DNA of 64,000 nt from Candidatus Pacearchaeota archaeon (GTDB taxonomy: Archaea; Nanobdellota; Nanobdellia; Pacearchaeales; GW2011-AR1), in the NCBI GenBank assembly GCA_018221285.1, contig JAAOYJ010000024.1:13156-77155 (forward strand). Direction: 5' to 3'. Shown here one piece after another: positions 17,362 through 26,802 of this stretch (positions are counted from its first letter, which is position 1; each line of letters opens with the position of its first letter). The notes beneath the pieces were generated by a model. The model was not told the origin of the DNA. It saw only the letters and a program-made list of their open reading frames with translations, and searched no databases. Made by a program: the position numbers and the translations under genes.

Positions 17362-17991
17362 CTAACCCAAATATCTTACTCTTCCAGGGCGAGGTTCAAA
17401 GATTATGCCTTCCTCGAGGAATTTTTGGATTTCTTGGTTTATGATTTCAGGAGAGATGTCTCTTAGATTCATGATTATTTTGTCGAGGTCGATTCCTCCT
17501 TCATCCTCTGAATTCTTGATTGTTCCGAGTATTTTGTCTTTTACAGCAGTTATTTGCTCACGTGGAACAGCTCCTGAGTTTTTGTTCCGCTCTTTTTCAA
17601 TTTCCAATTTTCTTACAAGGAGATATTTTGGATCTTGTGCTTTCATTATGTCTGGAGCAATATAAATTTCATTGTTCCAATATCTTAATAGTCCAATAAC
17701 AATAACTGTTTCACCTTGATTTATGTCTTTGAATTTAGGTAGGTCGTCTCCGAAAACCCTTAGCTTTATTTGGCCTGAACCATCATCCAGTGTCAAAGAT
17801 AAGAACTTGCTCTCTCCTTCGCTTTCATATCTGTCGACAATATTCCCTATGACATTAATTCTTACAATGTTTTTGCTTCCTAACTCTAGGAATTTGAATC
17901 TATCTTCTTCGAGAATTGGTTTTCCAATTAGGATATCCCCTATTCGTAATTTGTATGCTGTGTGTCTTTTGAATTGTGGTTGTTCTGTCAT
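17362..17991 (-). CDS. OB-fold + C-terminal winged-helix protein (RPA32-like, tentative)
   Basis: Central OB-like region (IVDRYESEGESKFLSLTLDDGSGQIKLRVFGD) and a wH-like C-terminus. Confidence 0.45.
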   Translation of the reverse strand: MTEQPQFKRHTAYKLRIGDILIGKPILEEDRFKFLELGSKNIVRINVIGNIVDRYESEGESKFLSLTLDDGSGQIKLRVFGDDLPKFKDINQGETVIVIGLLRYWNNEIYIAPDIMKAQDPKYLLVRKLEIEKERNKNSGAVPREQITAVKDKILGTIKNSEDEGGIDLDKIIMNLRDISPEIINQEIQKFLEEGIIFEPRPGRVRYLG

Positions 17992-18040
17992 CTTAGGAAA
18001 AATGAGAATTAGTTTTTAAAGATTTATGTGGGGGAGATAG

Positions 18041-18088
18041 CTCGCCGGAGGCGAGGTGTTGGGAGATGTTGATAATGGGAAAATTTAG
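18041..18088 (+). repeat. mosaic intergenic repeat, copy D (short)
   Basis: CTCGCC-GGA-GGCGAG hairpin + GTGTTGGGAGATGTTGATAATGGGAAAATTTAG, which parallels the 5' part of copy A. Confidence 0.55.
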
Positions 18089-18163
18089 TGTAAAAATATA
18101 CATTACTTCAATATCGTTTGAACTTATAAAAACATTTAAATATGAATCGTATTAAGATTTTAT

Positions 18164-18790
18164 ATGAACAACAAAACATTCATAAGCATTATCTTTGGGA
18201 TGATAATAATTGTCCTTTTTGGAGTTTATTATTATCAAACTTCTGCAATTTTTATTCAAACCCCGAATTTAGTTGATGCTCAAAATTTAAATGTTGAAGG
18301 AAAAATGATGGCGAATGATTTTGGCACCCATAATTATTCATTAATGTTGATAGAAAGAGCAGAATTAAGGATTTTGGAAGCTGAATTAAAATTAGGTGAA
18401 GCTAAAGAAAAAGACTTAAGCGACTATAGTTTTTTACATAGGCAATTTATTAATGAGATGATTAAAAAACTGAAAGGGATGCTAAGTGATTCAAAAGATG
18501 AGCTTGTGAAAGCAAAAGAAGAACTGGAAAAAGAAAATTATTGGAATGCTTCATCTCATTCTTATTTATCGGGGAATATTGCTATTTTAATTCCAATACA
18601 TGTTAAAAAAATCCTTGAAGGAAGAACAAAAGATGAATGGAATAGGGAGCAAGCAATCACTGGGCATGAATCAACGCCTATTAATTATACAATTGAAATT
18701 CCTGTTGATGAAAATGGAGAACCGATTCGAAATGTTACCCCTCCCTCAAATCAATCTGATTATCCTCCTACTACAGAAGAAGAGATGTGA
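18164..18790 (+). CDS. N-terminally anchored hypothetical protein (208 aa)
   Basis: One N-terminal TM helix, a coiled-coil-like middle and a P/T-rich tail. Confidence 0.45.
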   Translation: MNNKTFISIIFGMIIIVLFGVYYYQTSAIFIQTPNLVDAQNLNVEGKMMANDFGTHNYSLMLIERAELRILEAELKLGEAKEKDLSDYSFLHRQFINEMIKKLKGMLSDSKDELVKAKEELEKENYWNASSHSYLSGNIAILIPIHVKKILEGRTKDEWNREQAITGHESTPINYTIEIPVDENGEPIRNVTPPSNQSDYPPTTEEEM

Positions 18791-18808
18791 TTTTCATTTA
18801 ATCACATC
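18784..18808. terminator. 9-bp perfect hairpin GATGTGATT-TTCATTT-AATCACATC spanning two convergent stop codons
   Basis: The stem contains the TGA of the + gene (18788-18790) and the TGA of mcm (complement of 18802-18804). Confidence 0.45.
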
Positions 18809-20829
18809 CTCTGGATGTATCCTCTTTTGGGTTTGAAAATGTCTCCTGAGGCTTGTAGTTTATTTATTGCGTCCTCGATTTCATCTTTGCTTAATTTGTC
18901 TTCGAGCTCTTTCTCAACCTCTTCCATTGGAATTAGCTTTCCAAGTCTGCTCTCTAGATGGGTAAGGGTGTCCCGAACTGTGAAGATTTTACTTCTCTGG
19001 GAGGATGGAATTCCTGTAGAAATCCTGTCGATATCAATGGTTTTTGATTCGTAATCATAGCCTACTTGCATAAGATAATATTTCATTATTTCTATTGCTC
19101 TTTTTGCGTCGTCCTTAGTTACTTTTTCACTTAGTCTTAATTTTGCTGAGGCCTCTGATAGTCTGACTAGTGCCTGCAACTGTCTGGCAGAAATCGGAAT
19201 CGGCCTCATAGCACTCTCTGACGCAACAGGTTTATTTCTCAAGTCCACATAAAATTTCTTAATTTCTGAGACTGCATTGTTTGTTAATTCTGGCCTAATC
19301 CTTTGCTTGGCATATGCAACATATTTTCTAAAAATCTCTCTTGGGATTAACATATCTTCTCCTGCGCTTTGATGTTCTTGTAATACATGGCTCGCGATTT
19401 TTTCATCCTTATCTCTGCTTGGGATATCTCTTAGAGTGAAAATTACATCGAATCTGTTGATTAATGTTGGAGGCAGATCAATCTGTTGAGCAATTGATTG
19501 GTATGGGTCGAATCTCCCGAATTTTGGATTTGCTGCAGCTAGGACAGATGTCTCGCTTCTCAAAGTTGCTTGTACATTTGCCTTGGAGATTGTAACTGTC
19601 TGTTGCTCCATTGCTTCATGCATAGCACTTCTATCTGTAGGGTCCATTTTTTCTAATTCATCTATGCAAACCAATCCTTTGTTCGCCAGAACCATCGCAC
19701 CTGCTTCCAAGCTCCAACCCCTCAAATATTCATCTCTCACTACTGTTGCTGTTAGCCCTGCTCCTGAAGTAGATTTACCGACGACATAACGTCCTTTTGG
19801 AGAAATGGTTGCCATAAAATTTAGAGTAACACTTTTTGCCACTCCCGGATCTCCTATTAATAAAATGTGGATGTCTCCTCTGCTCTTCTGCCCGTCTGCA
19901 TGTGTTTTTTGTACGCCACTAAATAATTGAAGTACTAAAGATTTTTTGATTTCCTGATATCCCCAGACACTTGGAGTAATACTTTTTGCTAGTTTGTCAA
20001 ATATTTTTGGGTCTTCAGAAAGTTCGAGGATTTGTCTTTCATCTTCTTCGCTTATGTCAAGTTCTTCAAAAGTTTCTTCAAGAGGGATAAGGTTGTTTGC
20101 CTCAATTGCCAGTTCGAATCTTGTTGAGAGCCCCCCTGTTTTTAGAGGAACAGGAACTTCTTTCAGAACTCCGATAGCTTTTACTCTACTTCCAGGGGTT
20201 GTCTTTTCTTCCATCTTTGGTTCAACCAAATCTTCTTTTACAAACACGTGAATTCTTTTTGGTTGCTCTCCTCCTGAAAGAGATTCGGGGGATTCTTCAA
20301 TAACTAGTCTTTGAGTATCAACCATTTCCTTGCTTATTAATTTGAATCCTCCTCTTCTTCCGCAAGAACATCTTGAAGGTTCTCTGAATTTTTTCTCTAT
20401 TTGTAAAACTGAAATAACTGTTCCACAACTTGGGCACTCGAACTTTGCATTTACTACTTGGGGTCTAACATCAGATGCTTGCCGGATGATTCCTTCGAGA
20501 ATAATTAATTCATTTAAGTGTTTTGAACGAATATTTCTTACCTTTATTTCTTGGCTTTTTGGAAGATTGAATAATCTTACCCTGACATTGATGACCAATC
20601 CTGATTCTTCGATTGCTTGTTCAATTAGTCTTAGAGTGTCTTCTGGATTTGAGAGAATTTCATCTGAGAGTTTGTTTGAGAACTCTGTGAGTTTCATGAA
20701 ATCAATATAAATTACATTATTGCCTTTACGTAGAGAGTCTCCAAGTTCCTTTTTGTGGAAATCGAAGAAGTTCTTTGACTCTATTATTAGTTCCTCGTTT
20801 TTTGGCCTGCTAGGATTATCACCTTCCAT
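18802..20829 (-). CDS. mcm: MCM replicative helicase
   Basis: Zn finger CPSCG...CSCG, Walker A ILLIGDPGVAKS, Walker B CIDELEKM, arginine-finger region SRFD-like NRFDVIF. Confidence 0.95.
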   Translation of the reverse strand: MEGDNPSRPKNEELIIESKNFFDFHKKELGDSLRKGNNVIYIDFMKLTEFSNKLSDEILSNPEDTLRLIEQAIEESGLVINVRVRLFNLPKSQEIKVRNIRSKHLNELIILEGIIRQASDVRPQVVNAKFECPSCGTVISVLQIEKKFREPSRCSCGRRGGFKLISKEMVDTQRLVIEESPESLSGGEQPKRIHVFVKEDLVEPKMEEKTTPGSRVKAIGVLKEVPVPLKTGGLSTRFELAIEANNLIPLEETFEELDISEEDERQILELSEDPKIFDKLAKSITPSVWGYQEIKKSLVLQLFSGVQKTHADGQKSRGDIHILLIGDPGVAKSVTLNFMATISPKGRYVVGKSTSGAGLTATVVRDEYLRGWSLEAGAMVLANKGLVCIDELEKMDPTDRSAMHEAMEQQTVTISKANVQATLRSETSVLAAANPKFGRFDPYQSIAQQIDLPPTLINRFDVIFTLRDIPSRDKDEKIASHVLQEHQSAGEDMLIPREIFRKYVAYAKQRIRPELTNNAVSEIKKFYVDLRNKPVASESAMRPIPISARQLQALVRLSEASAKLRLSEKVTKDDAKRAIEIMKYYLMQVGYDYESKTIDIDRISTGIPSSQRSKIFTVRDTLTHLESRLGKLIPMEEVEKELEDKLSKDEIEDAINKLQASGDIFKPKRGYIQRM

Positions 20830-20946
20830 AGTAGGGAAGAGTTGCTATCCTTTTTATAAATTTATATAGATTATTGAGTGGTTTAAGAAAAGATGTGTTG
20901 GAAAATGTATAGATAATTTTAAAAGTTCACCACTATTCTCAAATAA

Positions 20947-22830
20947 ATGCCTAATCGATCTGAATTCCTGCGACTTTGTGAAGAGAATGAGTATTCTAAG
21001 AGAGAGATTGATCTTTTTAGAAAGGCTCTTGATTATTCAAAGGAGCAGTTTAAAGCTGAAAAGAGGTTATCTGGCGAGCTAGTGATGAGACATAATATTG
21101 AAATTGGAAAAATTTTGGTTAAGTCGAAACTTTTCCCAGAAGTTGTTGTGGCAGGTATTCTTTATGGGGGAGAGGGGAAAGTTCTTCCAACTGAACTTCA
21201 GAAAGAATTTGGAAAGGAGATTTCTGATTTGGTTTATGGCCAATCACAGTTAAAAGTTATTAAGTCAAAGAATGAAAATGTTGAAGCAGAGACTTTGAGG
21301 AAAATTTTGTTAGTCACTATCAAAGATGTTCGGATTATTTTTGTGAAACTCGCAGATAAGTTGGATAATCTTAAGACGATGAGGGTGTTACCTGAAAAAG
21401 AGCAGAGGAAAATTGCAGAAGAAGTTCTTGAAGTTTATGCTCCACTTGCAAATCGTTTTGGATTGGAGTATATTCGGCGTAGATTAGAAGAGAGGGCATT
21501 TAAGATTCTTAATCTTCGTAGATATAATGAGATTGTAAATTTTTTGAAAGATTCAAAAGAGAATAGGCAGAAGTTTGTTAAGGATTTTATTGGAGAGGTT
21601 AGTAAGAAGTTGGGGGGGAAAGCTAAGATAGTTGGAATTAAGGGAAGAGAGAAGCACATCTATAGTATTTATAAGAAACTTCACAGGGAGAGTTTACATA
21701 ATCAAAGAGATCATTTTGCGATTAGGATTATTGCTAAGTCTGTTGATGATTGTTATAAGGCTCTTGGGATTTTGCATGAAAATTATGAAGGGGGAAGGCT
21801 GAAAGATTATATTGCTTCTCCGAAACCAAATGGTTACCAGTCATTGCATACTACTTTGAATATTGTAGGAAAATATGTGGAAGTTCAAATTAGGACGCAA
21901 GAGATGGAAGAAGTTGCAGAGGAAGGTGTTGCTTCGCATTGGTCTTATAAGAAGTTGAAATCAGATGAGAATTTTGAAAAGAAAACTGCGTGGTTAAGGT
22001 CTGTTTTGGATTTGCAGGCTAATGAGAAGGATAAGGAATTTTTGAAGACAGTTAAGTTGAATGTTTTTGGAGATAAGATTTATTGTTATACTCCTCAGGG
22101 AAAGGCGATTGATTTGCCAAAAGGGTCGACGATTCTTGATTTTGCTTATCAGATTCATCAAGAGGTTGGGAATCGTGCTGTTGGAGGGAGGATTGATGGG
22201 ATTTATGCGTCGCTCAGGAAAGAGTTGAAAAACGGCGAGGTTGTTGAGATAATGACTAATAAGAACCAGAGACCGAGGAGAGACTGGGTTAAGTTTGTTG
22301 TATCTGCCCGTGCAAGAAGTATAATTAGAAAAGAAGTTAAGAGGTATGAAAAGATTCCTGTGGCTAAACATTATTCAATTAAGGAATCAGAGAAAGAGAA
22401 GTTTGATGATTTGACTTATTCTTTAGAGTTTCCTAATCATAAACTTTCTTTGGCAAAGTGCTGCTCTCCGATTCCAAAGAATGAAATTGTGGGAGTGATT
22501 AAATCTCATAGAAAGATTTCAGTTCATGTTAAGGATTGCAAGAGGATAAAGGAAGCGGTAGATAGAATTATTCCTGTTTTCTGGAAAGAGACTTTTAATC
22601 GTCCGATAAAGATTATTGTTGAGGCGTCTGATAGGTCTGGGATACTGGCAGATATGCTTAATACGATTTCTCGAGGAGGTTTTGTTGTGAAAGAAGCAAA
22701 TGCAAAGTTGATTAGTAATGGGGCCTCTGAATGTTCTTTTGTAATTGTTCCTCAGAAGCTTGAGCATATAGTTAATTTGATAAAAAGGATAAAGAAAGTT
22801 CGGGGTGTGCAGAAGATTTGGTTTGAATAA
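20947..22830 (+). CDS. long RelA/SpoT homolog (HD-like, synthetase, TGS, ACT); hydrolase motif degenerate
   Basis: Synthetase motifs GREKHIYSIYKKL, DHFAIRII, KDYIASPKPNGYQSLHT, VEVQIRTQEM, ASHWSYK. TGS region IYCYTPQGKAIDLPKGSTILDFAYQIH. ACT-like C-terminus. The position of the hydrolase LLHDxxEDT motif reads ILYGGEGKV. Confidence 0.85.
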   Translation: MPNRSEFLRLCEENEYSKREIDLFRKALDYSKEQFKAEKRLSGELVMRHNIEIGKILVKSKLFPEVVVAGILYGGEGKVLPTELQKEFGKEISDLVYGQSQLKVIKSKNENVEAETLRKILLVTIKDVRIIFVKLADKLDNLKTMRVLPEKEQRKIAEEVLEVYAPLANRFGLEYIRRRLEERAFKILNLRRYNEIVNFLKDSKENRQKFVKDFIGEVSKKLGGKAKIVGIKGREKHIYSIYKKLHRESLHNQRDHFAIRIIAKSVDDCYKALGILHENYEGGRLKDYIASPKPNGYQSLHTTLNIVGKYVEVQIRTQEMEEVAEEGVASHWSYKKLKSDENFEKKTAWLRSVLDLQANEKDKEFLKTVKLNVFGDKIYCYTPQGKAIDLPKGSTILDFAYQIHQEVGNRAVGGRIDGIYASLRKELKNGEVVEIMTNKNQRPRRDWVKFVVSARARSIIRKEVKRYEKIPVAKHYSIKESEKEKFDDLTYSLEFPNHKLSLAKCCSPIPKNEIVGVIKSHRKISVHVKDCKRIKEAVDRIIPVFWKETFNRPIKIIVEASDRSGILADMLNTISRGGFVVKEANAKLISNGASECSFVIVPQKLEHIVNLIKRIKKVRGVQKIWFE

Positions 22831-22836
22831 AAATAG

Positions 22837-22950
22837 GTTCGCTCCGCTCACGATGGGTGGCTTCGAATCCTCCTTCGGCAGGATTCTTCGCTGAGAGGTT
22901 GTTAATGAGTTAGCTTCGCATAGTGTGTTGAGAAACTATTATTGTTATTA
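22837..22950 (+). repeat. mosaic intergenic repeat, copy E
   Basis: GGCTTCGAATCCT-loop-AGGATTCTTCGC hairpin + TGAGAGGTTGTTAATGAGTTAGCTTCGCATAGTGTGTTGAGAAACTA. Confidence 0.8.
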
Positions 22951-23004
22951 CTTCTAAAAGATAACAGTAGGAAGATTTATAAGAGTGAAAAATTTACTAA
23001 ACAA

Positions 23005-24018
23005 ATGAATATTGAAATAATTGATATATTAGTTGCGAGATTAAAAGATGCCCCAGTTGAAAAGCATCTGTTAGAAGCCCACCAGGATTTTTTGTTAAGA
23101 ACAGGATTCAGAAAAGTTGGTGAAGAAGGTATCTCACAAGATTCTGGCGTACTTGCAATAAATAGGAGTATGTATGCAGTTCCAGTTGTAACTGATGTTG
23201 TGTTTCTTCCCTTTAGTCGTTTAGAAGAAACGAGCGAAGGATATTGTTTTGGTCCTGAAGATACTAATGCGATTCCAGTAAATATGTGGTACGGAAAATG
23301 GCAAGGAAATTTAGTAAGTAGAGTGGATCTTTTTGTTCCGAAGCATATGGATCCTTTTCTTTATATTAGTGAATCTCTCCCAGATTATACAGAAAGAGAC
23401 AGGAGTGAACTAGAAAGATTTGAAGTTAGAAAATTTATTAGAAGTAGGGAAAATATAGAAGCAGTATTCCCTAGTTTGTGTGAAAAACTTGAAAGAGTTA
23501 CTCAACCATTAGAAATGCAGGTTTCTGAATTTGACGAAATCAAAAGTAATATTTCAGATAACCTTGATCTTTTAGGAATTGATCATAAAATTATTTATAG
23601 GTCAAAAACAGTAGAAAGTGTTTTTAGTAAAGCTGAAAGGCGACTAGCTACCATAAATTCATATAACGATTTTACTTATGGAGATTTGGGGTGGTTAGTA
23701 GATAAGGATATACCTTCTCTTGAAGAGGTGGCTCTATATAGTCCAGACATAAATGGCATGAGAGTTATGGTTAAAAGTGCAGAAGAATGTTATAAGGCAC
23801 TTGATGTTTTATCTCAAGAATATAAAGTTGAGAGTGTTGAAAGAGATGATGGAACCCTATTTTATCGAATTTATGATTGTATTCCATTTCCAAAAAGAAC
23901 AGGGTTCCAGATGATAGGTTATTTTTCTGAGATTAATGGAAAAAGAATTCACTTTGAAATCCAATCCGAAAAGATGCAATCAAGGGCTGCTAATGACGGA
24001 TATCATCTGAGAGTTTAA
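23005..24018 (+). CDS. divergent RelA/SpoT-synthetase-like nucleotidyltransferase with an unknown N-terminal domain
   Basis: The C-terminal third parallels the neighbour's synthetase domain. YRSKTVESVFSKAERRL matches GREKHIYSIYKKL. DINGMRVMVKSAEECYKALDVL matches DHFAIRIIAKSVDDCYKALGIL. PFPKRTGFQMIGY matches SPKPNGYQSLHT. IHFEIQSEKMQ matches VEVQIRTQEME. ATG 23005 preferred because the track start lies inside repeat E. Confidence 0.5.
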   Translation: MNIEIIDILVARLKDAPVEKHLLEAHQDFLLRTGFRKVGEEGISQDSGVLAINRSMYAVPVVTDVVFLPFSRLEETSEGYCFGPEDTNAIPVNMWYGKWQGNLVSRVDLFVPKHMDPFLYISESLPDYTERDRSELERFEVRKFIRSRENIEAVFPSLCEKLERVTQPLEMQVSEFDEIKSNISDNLDLLGIDHKIIYRSKTVESVFSKAERRLATINSYNDFTYGDLGWLVDKDIPSLEEVALYSPDINGMRVMVKSAEECYKALDVLSQEYKVESVERDDGTLFYRIYDCIPFPKRTGFQMIGYFSEINGKRIHFEIQSEKMQSRAANDGYHLRV

Positions 24019-24101
24019 TCTTCAAAACCAATTCTACATAAGAACCATTTTCTCAATTACAATTAACAGACTTTTAGAAATCTGTGAGTTTACGAGCGCT
24101 A

Positions 24102-24674
<573 letters not shown>

Positions 24675-24715
24675 TTTATAATGATTTATACAAAAATTCT
24701 TTTATAAAGGTATCG

Positions 24716-24815
24716 AGGGTATTGCGCGAAACAAGTTCGCGATATTGATGGCTTCGCGTCGGACTTTGTCACGACGCTTCGCAGAGAGAAGTAGTTAATT
24801 GAATAGCTTGTTTAG
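24716..24815 (+). repeat. mosaic intergenic repeat, copy F (degenerate core)
   Basis: CGCGAA-ACAAG-TTCGCG hairpin, ATGGCTTCGC + GCGTCG-GACTTTGTCA-CGACGC hairpin + GCTTCGCAGAGAGAAGTAGTTAATTGAATAGCTTG. Confidence 0.7.
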
Positions 24816-24854
24816 TATAATAATTAATATAAACTAATTTTAATTCGAAGATTT

Positions 24855-25163
24855 ATGAAAGAAAGAGATTTTTATTTTCCAGCGATATTAAAAAATTACA
24901 TTGAATTTCTTGGATTTGATAAAAGGGAATTTAGTCTATTAGCTACCCCTTGGCATGGATTTGCAGATGAGGTTGTAGAAAAGTATGGGTTTAAATTAGA
25001 AGGAGTTGTTTTAGAAGGGGAAGGGTGTAAAACGTATACGTTAAGAGGATTAAAACAAGAATCTGGTCTTGTATTAATTGGAAAGGATTTTGGAGACGAG
25101 GTTACTTACTCTCAAGGATTGTGTAATGTGTTGAGGCATAAAGTTGTTAGCCTTCCTTCCTAA
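24855..25163 (+). CDS. hypothetical protein (102 aa)
   Basis: ORF track. The 3' end overlaps the convergent gene by 17 nt. Confidence 0.4.
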   Translation: MKERDFYFPAILKNYIEFLGFDKREFSLLATPWHGFADEVVEKYGFKLEGVVLEGEGCKTYTLRGLKQESGLVLIGKDFGDEVTYSQGLCNVLRHKVVSLPS

Positions 25164-26244
25164 ATCTATCTCCAACATATCCAATCAATTCACTGCCGCT
25201 TATTCGAATTGTTGAAGGTCCAGCTCTTATATAGAATTCTTCATCTTGAGGAGTTGGTCGCAAGAAGACTTGCTCGTTGCTTCTTCTACAATCTATTTTT
25301 AATACGGTTTTTCCTTCAATTAAAACTTGCTCAAAACTGATGAAGGATAAGTATTTCTTTCCAATTTTGGCTTTTATGAGATTCATTAGATGAAGGTTGA
25401 ATCTATCGTTGTTTTCGAATCTGTCTCTTTCTATTCCGATGATTTTGCCGTTGTTTGCCACACCAATTAGTAATGTTCCGCCATTTGAATTTAGAAGTGC
25501 GGTCAATGTTTTTAGGACAGAGTATTCAAGTCTTCTGTCAAGTTCATTTGTATGGAGATTCACCCTCAATGTTGATTTGAATTCTGTTTTTGCGTTTTCA
25601 CCTTTTTTGATTATCTCAAGGATTTCCTCAGGAGAATCTGTTTTTGTGAATAGTTTTGGATTTGTTCTTTTGAATTTATCTACGATTCTATTAAACACCT
25701 TTACTTTTCTTTTCATATAGATGTAACCGAAGACTGAAGCTATTGCTGCGCCGATTATTACATAAGTCATGTTCATCATGGTGAATGCGTAAATACCTGT
25801 ATGTAATTCATGACCAAGTATTAGTTTAAGGTAGAATTTTGCTAGTTCGATTAGGAACCCGATTGCTACAGAAAAGTTGAAGGAGAATAGGATTATTAGG
25901 AAATAGTTTTTCTTTATTTGGTTGCTTGAATATAAGATTAGTAAGATCATGAATCCTATCATGCCTGTTGCGATTCCGAAGAAGATTGGGATTATCTTTC
26001 CTCCTATCTCTCCAAGGAAGAAGGTCAGTATTACGAATACTAGAAGAAGCCATTCAAATTCTCGAGGAATTTTCAATTTGTATTTTTTGAATATCTGTGG
26101 AACAAACATTAAGATGAGTAGGAATATGTTTGTTGACATAATGTGCCAGAACTGAGAGTAGATTGCGTTGAGGATCGATAAAATCAAGATTAGTTTTATT
26201 GCGAGAGAGAGGTAATCTCCTATAGATGATGATTTTTTAGGCAT
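25147..26244 (-). CDS. polytopic membrane protein with a C-terminal AlbA_2 (Schlafen/AAA_4-type) domain
   Basis: About 5-6 N-terminal TM helices, then ENAKTEFKSTLRVNLHT...VLKTLTALLNSNGGTLLIGVANNGKIIGIE, typical of the AlbA_2 putative DNA-binding domain. Confidence 0.6.
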   Translation of the reverse strand: MPKKSSSIGDYLSLAIKLILILSILNAIYSQFWHIMSTNIFLLILMFVPQIFKKYKLKIPREFEWLLLVFVILTFFLGEIGGKIIPIFFGIATGMIGFMILLILYSSNQIKKNYFLIILFSFNFSVAIGFLIELAKFYLKLILGHELHTGIYAFTMMNMTYVIIGAAIASVFGYIYMKRKVKVFNRIVDKFKRTNPKLFTKTDSPEEILEIIKKGENAKTEFKSTLRVNLHTNELDRRLEYSVLKTLTALLNSNGGTLLIGVANNGKIIGIERDRFENNDRFNLHLMNLIKAKIGKKYLSFISFEQVLIEGKTVLKIDCRRSNEQVFLRPTPQDEEFYIRAGPSTIRISGSELIGYVGDRFRKEG

Positions 26245-26296
26245 GATTTAGAAAGGAAGGTGAAGTTTATAGGGATTTTGGTGTTTGGGGGGATGT

Positions 26297-26392
26297 CCCT
26301 ACTCGCGACTTCGCACGAGTCATGGAATGAGGGATTACTCTCTACCACGAAGTCGCTCTCCCACCCTTGCCCGTGGGGAGAGGGTTGTTAAA
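26297..26392 (+). repeat. mosaic intergenic repeat, copy G (truncated core)
   Basis: ACTCGCGACTTCGCACGAGT...CTCTCTACCACGAAGTCGCT (same module as copy B) + CTCCCACCC..GTGGGGAG hairpin + GGTTGTTAAAT. The TTA of GTTGTTAA is the stop codon of the minus-strand gene 26388..26756. Confidence 0.75.
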
Positions 26393-26756
26393 TATAATCA
26401 TAATGAACACTTTTATTGTAAGTATTATTATTTCTCGGATCAGTGTATGGATAATGAATTTCTATAGAATCTCCCTTATCTTTAGTCCGATCCTCCCCTT
26501 CAATAAATGTCTTTAGATCGATTTTCTTCAATTTAGGAGTTTTATTAACTCTAGTATCTTCCTCTGAAAAAGGATGTCTATAATTACAATGGGTTATCCA
26601 TTTGATATCCTCTATTCCAAAACGACCTTCTTTCTTAAAAAGGTTTCCAATAAATAAACTGAAAACTCGTTGATCTTTATGTTTAGAAATATATTGTCTC
26701 CATAAATGTATTTCTTGTCCAATATACTTTTTTAATCCTTTATTTGTAATTTTCAT
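26388..26756 (-). CDS. hypothetical protein (122 aa)
   Basis: ORF track; no motif recognised. Confidence 0.4.
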   Translation of the reverse strand: MKITNKGLKKYIGQEIHLWRQYISKHKDQRVFSLFIGNLFKKEGRFGIEDIKWITHCNYRHPFSEEDTRVNKTPKLKKIDLKTFIEGEDRTKDKGDSIEIHYPYTDPRNNNTYNKSVHYDYI

Positions 26757-26802
26757 ATCAAAGAAGACTATGAATCTTTTTTAAAGATTATTGTGATTAA
26801 CT

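Noticed and set aside
20830-20946. The divergent mcm/RSH intergenic region as a replication origin.
   Set aside because: I found no ORB-like repeated boxes or a long AT-rich unwinding element, and no orc1/cdc6 gene is in the window.
22858-22895. The TCGAATCC words in repeat copy E and in the gatA insertion resemble a tRNA T-arm, suggesting a tRNA-derived SINE.
   Set aside because: No complementary 5' T-stem, D-arm or acceptor pairing could be built around them.
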